IMG/VR virus record: IMGVR_UViG_3300005605_001024
Location: 1 to 26,574 of that record
From: a virus
Taxonomy: Duplodnaviria; Caudoviricetes
Reading direction: 5' to 3' (one strand)
DNA length: 26,574 nt
How positions within the stretch are numbered: the stretch's first letter is position 1; every line of letters starts with the position of its first letter. A program made the translations under genes and the position numbers. Below, one piece after another: positions 9,440-17,619 of the stretch. Below the pieces are notes generated by a model, which did no database searches, was not told where the DNA came from, and worked only from the letters and a program-made list of their open reading frames with translations.

Positions 9440-9469
9440 AAAAAAACCCCCTCCGTTAAGAGGGGGGTT
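9440..9469 (-). terminator. Rho-independent terminator
   Basis: CCCCCTC/GAGGGGG stem (9447-9453/9460-9466) followed by T7 on the minus strand, directly after ORF 9476..9787. Confidence 0.8.
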
Positions 9470-9475
9470 AGTTTT

Positions 9476-9787
9476 CTAATTTTTACCGTGTTTTAGTATT
9501 AGTGATGCCGCTTTTAACCAAGCGAGCATGGCGACAGATGTCCAAGGATCGATACATTTCATCCATACGGATGCCCCAAACAGTATCATAACACCTGCTG
9601 CTCTGCAATCTGGGCAACTGACAATACTCATTGCCTTTTTCTTCATTGTGCCCAGCCATTTTCCAATGGGGTCCCAGTTGGGAGCTTTAGAGGAAACCCA
9701 TTTTGATATAGTTGACATTTTGGATTTAATCCAAGGATCAATCCTGTCACACCATTTCATTTCTGGCTTTTTATTTTTTTTACTCAT
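9476..9787 (-). CDS. Hypothetical membrane protein with CxxC
   Basis: Basic N-terminus, CPDC, two hydrophobic C-terminal segments; GGAGG SD upstream and terminator downstream. Confidence 0.65.
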   Translation of the reverse strand: MSKKNKKPEMKWCDRIDPWIKSKMSTISKWVSSKAPNWDPIGKWLGTMKKKAMSIVSCPDCRAAGVMILFGASVWMKCIDPWTSVAMLAWLKAASLILKHGKN

Positions 9788-9818
9788 AACTTTTGCCCTC
9801 CTTCGGGGGTATGTTTAT

Positions 9819-9835
9819 TTACACGGAAAGTGTAA
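9819..9835. promoter_or_regulatory. Back-to-back divergent GTGTAA elements
   Basis: TTACAC-GGAAA-GTGTAA between divergent genes; the + copy is 8 nt before ATG 9844. Confidence 0.6.
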
Positions 9836-9843
9836 CTACAGGT

Positions 9844-10323
9844 ATGTCTATTTTTACACTAAACAAAAAAGCACGGCTTTTGATGGTTTTGCTGCTGTTT
9901 TGGTTCATTTTCTTCTCTGGGTTTAAGTTTTTTGAGGTCGATGGGGATAGTATGAACCCTACTCTCAAGCATGGAACAAAAGTGTTTGTTAATACTATCT
10001 ATTGCAAAATAGTCACCCCAGAAAGGTGGGATATATTAGTAGTCGAAGATCCAAGTAAGAATAGGGATCATTTGATAAAAAGGGTAATCGGTTTACCCAA
10101 CGAAAAAATACAAATAAAAGACGGCTATATTTGGATTGATGGAATAGGGCTAAAGGAAGATAGAGAAAGAATGAGGCTTGGAGAAAGCTTATATCCTGTA
10201 GACCAACACCCAATTCACCTTAAAAAAGACGAATATTTTTTAATTGGAGATAATAGGAATTCTACTTGGTATGGAGTAGTCGAAAAGAAAAATATAAAAG
10301 GAATTCTGGTAAATCAGCGATAG
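9844..10323 (+). CDS. lepB: Signal peptidase I
   Basis: TM anchor, GDSMNPTL (catalytic Ser), IKRVIGLP (catalytic Lys) and GDNR. Start moved to the in-frame ATG 9844. Confidence 0.9.
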   Translation: MSIFTLNKKARLLMVLLLFWFIFFSGFKFFEVDGDSMNPTLKHGTKVFVNTIYCKIVTPERWDILVVEDPSKNRDHLIKRVIGLPNEKIQIKDGYIWIDGIGLKEDRERMRLGESLYPVDQHPIHLKKDEYFLIGDNRNSTWYGVVEKKNIKGILVNQR

Positions 10324-10336
10324 TGTAAATAAATGT

Positions 10337-10540
10337 GTGCAAATTCTTCATATCAATGGGTATAAGATAAAGGTTTGCCTCTGCGAGGATGGCTTCTGGG
10401 GGCACGATACTGTTTTTATCTACAATAATTCTAAATGCATAGCAGAAAAAGAAATACAAATAATTATGCAATATCTCTTAGATGAAGGCTTTATAAGGGA
10501 CAGGAGGACGAAGTTCTACATACCGGAAAGGGAGGATTAA
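10337..10540 (+). CDS. Hypothetical protein
   Basis: GTG start 8 nt after GTGTAA (10323-10328); stop overlaps the next start. Confidence 0.65.
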   Translation: MQILHINGYKIKVCLCEDGFWGHDTVFIYNNSKCIAEKEIQIIMQYLLDEGFIRDRRTKFYIPERED

Positions 10541-10737
10541 TGATTAAAAAGTGGTTAATATGCAAAGATGGAGATTGTTGGGACGTTTCTGGATCTGAAA
10601 TGGCAGAGAAGAAAGTCGTTTCAAAATCTGAATATTTTGAAATCAAAAGTAAAATAGATAGCAAGTGGTTGTTCGTCGTCTGCCTCTGTTGCTCTGTAGC
10701 ACTAAACCTTATACTTTTAGCTATTCTGCTGAGATGA
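10540..10737 (+). CDS. Small protein with C-terminal TM helix
   Basis: GGAGG SD, TAATG overlap, hydrophobic C-terminus. Confidence 0.65.
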   Translation: MIKKWLICKDGDCWDVSGSEMAEKKVVSKSEYFEIKSKIDSKWLFVVCLCCSVALNLILLAILLR

Positions 10738-10744
10738 TTCTTAT

Positions 10745-11755
10745 CTAAAAGTCGTCTTCTAGCACTCCTGAGTTTTGGTAGTCTTTAACCTTCCTTTCAA
10801 AGAAGTTTGTCATTGCCGTGGTATCAACAATTTCAGATAGCCAAGGGAATGGGTTTTGAGCCCCCTCGAAAGAGTAGTCAATCCCAATTCCTTCGAGTCT
10901 TCTGTTCCCAATGTATCTCATGTAGTCAACGAACATTTCAGCATTTAAGCCAAGTATCCCGCGAGGTAAAACGTCATGAGCATAATCAATCTCAAGCTCT
11001 ACGGCTTTTTTAATATGGCTAATTGTTTCTTCCTCGAATTTTTTTGTCCACAATGAAGGATATTGCTCTTTAATCGTGTTTATTAAATACGTGCCAAATT
11101 GAATATGTAGGCTTTCGTCTCTTAACGTGTATCTAATTTGATCAGAAAGTCCGGGAAGTTTGTTCTGTCTCCCTAGGGCAAGTAGCATGGCGAACCCACT
11201 GAAAAAGAATGTTCCTTCGCAGATAATATAATAGATGATTAAATTGCGTAGGAACTCTCTTTTGCCCTCTGTTGTTTTAGTGGAGAAGTCTTGTCGGTTT
11301 GTGCTTGTGGTAATTTCCATAAGGAAATCGTCTTTAGCCTTAATGGAGGGGACGCTTAAATAGGCCTCGTACACCTCATTTATCTTAAGGTTGTAGCTAT
11401 CGCAACAAGTCACAACGGTCCAGTTGTGAAGGGACTCCTCATAGGCTTGGCGCATAATGTATTGGCCACACTCAGCGTCAGTTATCCATTTCGCGACATT
11501 AAGAAGCAAATTATTGCCGACCAAGGACTCACTTCCAGCAAAAAACCCAAGACATCTTCTGACAAGTAATTTTTCGTCTTTGGTTAAATCGTCCCCTTTC
11601 CATTGCTCTATGTCAATAGACATGTTGATTTCTGCTGGAGACCAGTTATTGGCTACGCCTTTAAGGAATAAGTCCCAAGCGTATTGGTGCTTGTGCGGTA
11701 GGATCTGGTTTACTCCAGTTGTATTTTCCTCAAGTAATAATCCTGTTTTGCTCAT
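10745..11755 (-). CDS. nrdB: Ribonucleotide reductase small subunit, class Ic-like (Mn/Fe) R2
   Basis: LGFFAGSESLVGNN, EESLH, EGTFFFSGF, RDESLH and NFFE..V.DY motifs. Confidence 0.93.
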   Translation of the reverse strand: MSKTGLLLEENTTGVNQILPHKHQYAWDLFLKGVANNWSPAEINMSIDIEQWKGDDLTKDEKLLVRRCLGFFAGSESLVGNNLLLNVAKWITDAECGQYIMRQAYEESLHNWTVVTCCDSYNLKINEVYEAYLSVPSIKAKDDFLMEITTSTNRQDFSTKTTEGKREFLRNLIIYYIICEGTFFFSGFAMLLALGRQNKLPGLSDQIRYTLRDESLHIQFGTYLINTIKEQYPSLWTKKFEEETISHIKKAVELEIDYAHDVLPRGILGLNAEMFVDYMRYIGNRRLEGIGIDYSFEGAQNPFPWLSEIVDTTAMTNFFERKVKDYQNSGVLEDDF

Positions 11756-11949
11756 TAATTATTTTCTCTATTAGAGTTCATGTCTATTTCTTCGACTCCT
11801 TTTTTGGCAAAGCTCTGACAGTGTCTTGCGAAATCGCTGCTCATGTTCAGATGTTTTGATCCTAGATATGTGTATAGGACTATTGCGAGGTCGTTATTCC
11901 CCAAGAGCTTCGACTCTTCGGCCTTTTCTTTTAATTCCTTGTCGGTCAT
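11755..11949 (-). CDS. Hypothetical protein
   Basis: 64-aa ORF whose stop overlaps the nrdB start. Confidence 0.65.
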   Translation of the reverse strand: MTDKELKEKAEESKLLGNNDLAIVLYTYLGSKHLNMSSDFARHCQSFAKKGVEEIDMNSNRENN

Positions 11950-12586
11950 TGTTGTTATTTAAATTTTCTATTCCTTAAAACGTCAACTATTAATACATAT
12001 CTTGGTTTGTCTGTATAATTCCATGCGTTGTGCCATTCTCTGTCGTCAAATATTAATACGTCCTCACAATCATACCACTTTCTAATCTCGTCCTGTACTC
12101 GAATCGCGCAATTACCTTCTGGTATTATCAATGGCAAGTGTATTCTATGAAAGCCTTTGTCCTTTTCGTTGTGAAGTCTTGTCGATGTGTTAGGGGTTAA
12201 GCAAGAAAAACCAGCATTTAATAAATTAGGTATTTGCCCAAGTATGTTCATTGTCTCGGGCATTTGAATAATATTCTTTTCAATTTTATTTGTGTCTAAT
12301 ACCAACCCAAATAACAGCCATGTTTCTTTTACTTTCTCTGGATTTTTTTTTATTTTGTCTAACCGTTTTAATAAATCTTCATTCGATGATTTACTAAAAT
12401 GATTTTTTTTAGCGGAGTAATTAGCTTCATCCCACACAGACCAGTCAATGTTATTTTTTAATAAATTTTTTAATTCTTCTAATATTATATCTTTATTTGT
12501 TACTAATATGTCTACGGCCTCTTGGTATTCTTTTAGCTCTACGAATACGCCTCCCTCCCCTTCTTCTAATTTATTGTCGGTCATTG
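11926..12586. repeat. Imperfect 26-nt direct repeat pair flanking the hydroxylase gene
   Basis: 11926-11951 ttcttttaattccttgtcggtcattg versus 12561-12586 ttcttctaatttattgtcggtcattg: 23/26 identical, the last 13 perfect. Confidence 0.8.
11955..12584 (-). CDS. Aspartyl/asparaginyl beta-hydroxylase family (AspH/LpxO-like) Fe/2OG oxygenase
   Basis: AGFSCL.P.T...H, RIHLPL and FDDREWHNAWN...RYVLIVD motifs. Start moved to ATG 12584 (ATGA overlap with the nrdA stop). Confidence 0.85.
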   Translation of the reverse strand: MTDNKLEEGEGGVFVELKEYQEAVDILVTNKDIILEELKNLLKNNIDWSVWDEANYSAKKNHFSKSSNEDLLKRLDKIKKNPEKVKETWLLFGLVLDTNKIEKNIIQMPETMNILGQIPNLLNAGFSCLTPNTSTRLHNEKDKGFHRIHLPLIIPEGNCAIRVQDEIRKWYDCEDVLIFDDREWHNAWNYTDKPRYVLIVDVLRNRKFK

Positions 12587-15046
12587 GCAGCTTTCGCACG
12601 TAGGGTCTAAAACACTACAGGCAACCATTTCTTCTATGGCTTCGTGCTTGTCTTCTATCTCTTGCATGGGAGTGTTTGTTGATTTCTCTATTTTACTTGC
12701 AGATAGGTTTCTTAGGTAATAGGTACTTTTCAAGCCTCTATTTCTAGCATGTATATATAAGTCGTTCAAGTATTTTAATGATGTCTCTTTATTAAAAAGG
12801 TTAAGAGACTGACCCATGTCGATCCATTTTTGCTTGGCTGCTGCTGAGTCTATTAATTTAAATTGATCCCTATCGAAACAAGTGGAGAATCTAGATTTTA
12901 GATCTTCCGGTATGTCCCCATTAAGCAGAGATATATCTCCGTCTACTGATTTTATAGCATCAACTAGGCCCTGATTCCATATCTCTCTCTTTTTGCATTC
13001 TTTTATGAACCATTCATTAACAATAGTTAAGTTGCCGCTTTTATTCTCATAGACAAAAAGAATTGAAAAATCTGGTTCGATGCAAGGAGAACAGCCTTGG
13101 ATATAAGAAATGGTTGCGGTTGGGGCAATAGCCATAGTATTACTATTACGCATTCCGTGATCTTTAATATTATTTCTTAGCTCTTTCCAGTCTAGTTCTG
13201 GGCAAAACTTTTTCCCTCTGTGAATTATTGGTTTTTCCCCAAGGTAATCCATTAGATTTTTATAAGTATCTATGGGGAATATGCCTTGGCTCCATAAAGA
13301 TCCGTCGTAAGTGGAATAAGCTCCTCTTTCTTTAGAGAGTTTATTTGAGTTTAAAATACAGTGATAAGAAATGAACTCGTAAAGCTCGTCTGAAAACTTA
13401 ACTGCATCATCGCTTGAGAAGTCCACCTCGTAGGAGTGAAATACATCTGCCCACCCCATGCTTCCAGCCCCAACGGGTCTATGTTTTAAGTTTGAATTTT
13501 CAGCCTCTTTAGTTGGATAGAAATTTAGATCAATTACATTATCCAGCATACGCATTTGGATTTCTATGGTTTTAGCTAGTTGATCAAAATCCAAAGTACC
13601 ATCGTCTTTTAAGTGTTCTTTTAAATTTACGGAGCTTAGGTTGCATACGGCAGTTTCTCCCACTTCGACTTTTTCCCCCTCATTAAATCTGGAGGGCTTT
13701 GTGTGTAAAAATATTTCAGTACAGAGGTTCGAGCTATGGACTACCCCTTCGTGACTATTGGAATAGCGCATGTTCGCGTTGTCTTTGAAGGTCATCCAAG
13801 GGTGTCCCGTTTCAAAAAGGGTCCTTAGCATTTTTTTCCATAGGTCTTTGGCTTTTACGACCTTGAAGTTTTCTAATTCGCCGCTGTCTGCAATCTTGCA
13901 GTATTTTTTATACCTTTTGTCGAATTTATCCCCATGTAATTCATGAAGATCTCTTACGTCTGATGGGGAGAATAGATACCAGTCTCCATCTTCTTGAACT
14001 TTTCTTATAAATAAATCTGGGATCCAATTAGCGGTGTTCATGTCATGACACCTTCTGCGTTCATCTCCGGTGTTCTTTTTGAGCTCTAAGAAATCTTCTA
14101 TATCTAGATGCCAAGGCTCAAGATAAGCACATCCCGCCCCCGGTCTTTTGCCTCCTTGATCTACAGCGATTAGGGTGTCATTGTAGATTTTGAGCCAAGG
14201 GATTAGGCCTGAAGACTTGCCGTTCGTGCCCTTTACATAGGAATTAACTGCTCTGAAGTTGCTTACGTCAAACCCTAGACCTCCAGCAAATTTGGACTTT
14301 CTAGCTTCTTGCCACAAACCCTCAAAAATTCCGTCAATTGAATCGTCAAAAGTATTAAGATAGCAACTGGAAAGCTGACTGTGAGTACTACCGCTATTAA
14401 AAAGGGTAGGAGTAGAGCAACACAGATAAAACTGAGACAACGTATTATAAAACTCAATAGCTTTTTCATTTTTGTTTTCTTCGTTAAGCGCAAGCCCCAT
14501 AGAGACACGCATCCAAAACGCTTGAGGCGTTTCCATTATTCTTCCTTCTATGTGGTGTAGATATCTATCACCTAGTATTTGAAGTCCGAGATATTTGAAC
14601 CTGTGGTCCCTCTCAAGTCTCAAGTGCTCAGAGAGGTGCTTTAAATCAAAATCTAATAGCTTTTCGTCAAGTATTTCTTCTTTGATTAATTTTTTTGTGT
14701 TTCGGATAAAGGATATTTTATACTGATGATCGTATGTGTCTTTGTCTACGCTCTCACCGAACGCTTCTTTGTACAGGGCAGAAAGAAGGAGCCTCGCCGC
14801 CACATAAGAGTAATTAGGTTCTTTCTCTATTTTTTGACGGGCGCTCATGATGAGGGCCTTGTCTATTTCATCCGTGGTTATTTTATCATAAATTTGGACG
14901 TGAGCGTCTAAAACTACTTCGCTTGCTGATACATTTTCTAAATCGCTACATGCCCATGTGGCACAAAGGTTAATTTTATCTATGTCTAGCTTTTGCAGTC
15001 TTCCATTTCTTTTTTTTACGTGTATAGCCTGAGAATTTTGATTCAT
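12581..15046 (-). CDS. nrdA: Ribonucleotide reductase large subunit with N-terminal ATP cone
   Basis: VKKRNG ATP cone, TPTLFN, SSCYL, QGGKRPG, SNLCTE, IAPTAT, KSTYY and C-terminal CESCQ. Confidence 0.97.
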   Translation of the reverse strand: MNQNSQAIHVKKRNGRLQKLDIDKINLCATWACSDLENVSASEVVLDAHVQIYDKITTDEIDKALIMSARQKIEKEPNYSYVAARLLLSALYKEAFGESVDKDTYDHQYKISFIRNTKKLIKEEILDEKLLDFDLKHLSEHLRLERDHRFKYLGLQILGDRYLHHIEGRIMETPQAFWMRVSMGLALNEENKNEKAIEFYNTLSQFYLCCSTPTLFNSGSTHSQLSSCYLNTFDDSIDGIFEGLWQEARKSKFAGGLGFDVSNFRAVNSYVKGTNGKSSGLIPWLKIYNDTLIAVDQGGKRPGAGCAYLEPWHLDIEDFLELKKNTGDERRRCHDMNTANWIPDLFIRKVQEDGDWYLFSPSDVRDLHELHGDKFDKRYKKYCKIADSGELENFKVVKAKDLWKKMLRTLFETGHPWMTFKDNANMRYSNSHEGVVHSSNLCTEIFLHTKPSRFNEGEKVEVGETAVCNLSSVNLKEHLKDDGTLDFDQLAKTIEIQMRMLDNVIDLNFYPTKEAENSNLKHRPVGAGSMGWADVFHSYEVDFSSDDAVKFSDELYEFISYHCILNSNKLSKERGAYSTYDGSLWSQGIFPIDTYKNLMDYLGEKPIIHRGKKFCPELDWKELRNNIKDHGMRNSNTMAIAPTATISYIQGCSPCIEPDFSILFVYENKSGNLTIVNEWFIKECKKREIWNQGLVDAIKSVDGDISLLNGDIPEDLKSRFSTCFDRDQFKLIDSAAAKQKWIDMGQSLNLFNKETSLKYLNDLYIHARNRGLKSTYYLRNLSASKIEKSTNTPMQEIEDKHEAIEEMVACSVLDPTCESCQ

Positions 15047-15145
15047 GATGTAATAGAATTTACAGTCTTTTAGTGATTTTTTTCACAAAAAGAAGTGCAG
15101 GAGAACTTTTAATTTTGCCGGAAGAAAAAAAGTGTACTGATAAAT

Positions 15146-15499
15146 CTAGGTGAGACCCGCCCCTCCTTGACTTGGGTGTATTTTCCCGTTTCTGTCTTTG
15201 CTCCACTTTTTAAAGTATTCTTTTTTCACGGGGTCTTCCCCCCCGTGGACCTTTGCTCTTTTATCGCTTGCTTCTTTAGCTTGGTCAAAGAGATCCCCCA
15301 TCGAACCTTTTTGATTTCTTGTCTTTTCAACAAACTGGTTTGGGTTAAGTGGGGTAGTGTCTACTGATGCATTAGGAACTGCAAATACTCTATCCCATTC
15401 GACCCCTTCTTCGTCAACGTAGACGTGCTCCTCCTTCATGGATTGAACGACTTCAATCACTTCTCTTGTTGTGGGGTGCTCAAATACGTAACAGGGCAT
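15146..15499 (-). CDS. Phage protein with FmdB-like N-terminus (Cys ligands absent)
   Basis: MPCYVFEHPTT.EVIEV.QSM resembles the MPxY start of FmdB zinc-ribbon proteins but has no CxxC. Confidence 0.5.
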   Translation of the reverse strand: MPCYVFEHPTTREVIEVVQSMKEEHVYVDEEGVEWDRVFAVPNASVDTTPLNPNQFVEKTRNQKGSMGDLFDQAKEASDKRAKVHGGEDPVKKEYFKKWSKDRNGKIHPSQGGAGLT

Positions 15500-15503
15500 G
15501 ACC

Positions 15504-16580
15504 TTATATCAGACCGAGAAGAGTGTCAACAGTTTTATTTATCTTGAAGTCTTCCTGAATTTTTAGCCCAGCTTCATTTATTTTGCTTGACTCAACTTTT
15601 TTTATAGCCTCTTCACAAGCGTGTATAAATTCGTCTTCGTCGTAATCAAAGATTTGCCCCTGATTGAATGGCTGATCTGGCTTAAAAAACATTCCATCGT
15701 AACAATCTATTTTTTCTTTAGGCTCTACTAAGATGGAGTTCTCTTCGTTCGCCCATTCTTTGTACGAGTGAGCATTCATGACTATAGCATGTTTACCTAA
15801 GCCGACAGAATGAAACTCAGGTAGACCCCAACCTTCTCCTCCGGACATGGCTAAAATTATATCGCCAGAATTAAGGAAGTCATTGTAGACGCTATTCTTT
15901 TGCATGTGGCCCAAGAAATTTATGTTAAAATACCCTTGTCCTTCTAGTATTTGATTAATTAAACCGTTGTTGTCTTGCTCTGAAATAAAGGGGTTGTATA
16001 CGGCGCATTGTAGGAAGTATTTTTTGTCGTTCCCGAATCTTTTGGCCCATGCTCGTATAGTTTTTTGATGCCTTTTTCTTTTCTCTAATTTTCCTACCAC
16101 GTTGAAGGTGATTCTACCGTCAGTAAAATAATTCTTTTTAGTTTTTGTGAAATTACTAGAGTCAAATGCAAGAGGGACGTGATCGCATTTTACTCCTTTA
16201 ATATTGAAAACTTCTTGAGCATATTTAGATGTTAATACCGTAGTATTATTTTTAGCGATGTTCTGCTCATGGGGAGTTGGATTGTCTAGTTCGTAAAAAG
16301 TAACTAAGATCTGCTTCTCGCTATAGGACTCCAAGGAGCCATTCAGATGCCAAAGCTTTATAGTTGGTGTTTTTCTATCGTGAGACGTTAGTGATTTATT
16401 GATACAGTTTTGTATCCATTCTCCAAAGTCTTTATCGATTTGCTGAGAGGAAAGGTCAACCCCGTTCCCGATGGTAAAAATAGAAGGCTCCAAGGAGCGC
16501 TTGTGAATTTCCCTAAGTATCTGGACTGATACTTGACCAAAGGAAACGGAGTTGAGCGGTAGGTGAAGGGCGAAGTTCAT
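15504..16580 (-). CDS. Glycosyltransferase family 4
   Basis: VGKLEKRK and GEGWGLPEFH GT-B motifs. Confidence 0.8.
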   Translation of the reverse strand: MNFALHLPLNSVSFGQVSVQILREIHKRSLEPSIFTIGNGVDLSSQQIDKDFGEWIQNCINKSLTSHDRKTPTIKLWHLNGSLESYSEKQILVTFYELDNPTPHEQNIAKNNTTVLTSKYAQEVFNIKGVKCDHVPLAFDSSNFTKTKKNYFTDGRITFNVVGKLEKRKRHQKTIRAWAKRFGNDKKYFLQCAVYNPFISEQDNNGLINQILEGQGYFNINFLGHMQKNSVYNDFLNSGDIILAMSGGEGWGLPEFHSVGLGKHAIVMNAHSYKEWANEENSILVEPKEKIDCYDGMFFKPDQPFNQGQIFDYDEDEFIHACEEAIKKVESSKINEAGLKIQEDFKINKTVDTLLGLI

Positions 16581-16583
16581 CTC

Positions 16584-16862
16584 TTAAAACAGATCATCGT
16601 CTTTGTTTTCGGCGGTAGATACTGTTTCTTCGCTTTTCTCTTTTTCTTGAGTAAACGATTTTTTATCTTCAGACTTGTATACTATGAAGTCTGGATGCTT
16701 GTCTGATGTCTTGTGTTTATTCCTAAAGATAACACACGCTTGATCGCCAAATTTCCCGTAAAAATATTTACCGGATTTGCCTTCTCTTACCCAGAGTGCT
16801 CCAAGCTCTCGCTCTTGCCACTCGTTTTTTTCTTTATTTTGGTTGTTATTATCGTCTGACAT
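16584..16862 (-). CDS. Putative ssDNA-binding protein (DUF736-like core, acidic tail)
   Basis: ELGALW..GKSGKYFYG...IFRN.HK...HPDF core and a C-terminal DDDLF tip like bacterial SSB DDDIPF. Confidence 0.5.
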   Translation of the reverse strand: MSDDNNNQNKEKNEWQERELGALWVREGKSGKYFYGKFGDQACVIFRNKHKTSDKHPDFIVYKSEDKKSFTQEKEKSEETVSTAENKDDDLF

Positions 16863-16898
16863 AATCACCCCGTATCTAGCATGGTGCTATTATCCTTG

Positions 16899-17546
16899 TC
16901 AATTAAAAAAGTGCCCATAATCTTTTTTAATTTTATTAAGGGCGCTTCTAACTTTTGGTTTTAAATTATTCATAAATTGATCATCATTAGTGTCAAGGGT
17001 CGGAAATTGAAATTTGTAATCAGCCCTAACTTTAACCAATGGGTCATGCATACGCTCTTCTTCGTTCGCTGGAACTATGAAGTTTTTTATTTTTTCTCCT
17101 TCGCTGTTGATCTCTTCCTCGAATCTACTTAGATGTATTACGATTCCCCTTTTTTGCTCTTGAAGCCAATAGGTTTCATCTTTTTCATAATAACTAAACC
17201 TTAAGTCGGTTACTATAAACAAAGTCTTTCTTGTAATAGATAAAGATTTTATGTAATCATCGACTTTCTCAATCCAATATCTACCGTAAGAAGCTTCCCT
17301 TTTCAGCATCCCGTAGGTAACGAGTAGTGGTCTTATTCTATCCTTTTCGCTTCGGGTGCAATCTGTCGGGTCTATGTCAAATTTATCTTTTATGAAATCT
17401 CTGAGATCCTCCTTTAAGTGGTCTGCTATAGACAGTCTCTGAATGGAAAGGTCTTCCTTTTCAAGTATTTGTTTCGCTAATTGAAAGAAAGTGTCTTTTC
17501 CGCAACCCGCAACTCCTCCGATTCCAATGAAAAACTTTTTTGGCAT
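16899..17546 (-). CDS. Deoxynucleoside monophosphate kinase (T4 gp1-like)
   Basis: P-loop GVAGCGKDT, ADHLK, RPLLVTYG..R and VTDLRF. Confidence 0.8.
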   Translation of the reverse strand: MPKKFFIGIGGVAGCGKDTFFQLAKQILEKEDLSIQRLSIADHLKEDLRDFIKDKFDIDPTDCTRSEKDRIRPLLVTYGMLKREASYGRYWIEKVDDYIKSLSITRKTLFIVTDLRFSYYEKDETYWLQEQKRGIVIHLSRFEEEINSEGEKIKNFIVPANEEERMHDPLVKVRADYKFQFPTLDTNDDQFMNNLKPKVRSALNKIKKDYGHFFN

Positions 17547-17553
17547 AATAATA

Positions 17554-17582
17554 ATTATATAATTTTATTTTTTATAATTCAA
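17554..17582 (-). promoter_or_regulatory. Sigma70-like promoter, leaderless
   Basis: TTGAAT (17582-17577), 17 nt, TATAAT (17559-17554), 7 nt, then the kinase ATG. Confidence 0.65.
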
Positions 17583-17619
17583 GTCTTTTTGATAATGTGA
17601 ACTTTTCTTTAAGCAATAA

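Noticed and set aside
9854-9859. Extra GTGTAA copies inside coding regions (also near 1826, 1924, 7980 and 13703)
   Set aside because: A hexamer is expected many times by chance in 26 kb, and these copies are not positioned before start codons.
10745-15046. Intein or intron in nrdA or nrdB
   Set aside because: Both reading frames are continuous, of normal length, with expected motif spacing.
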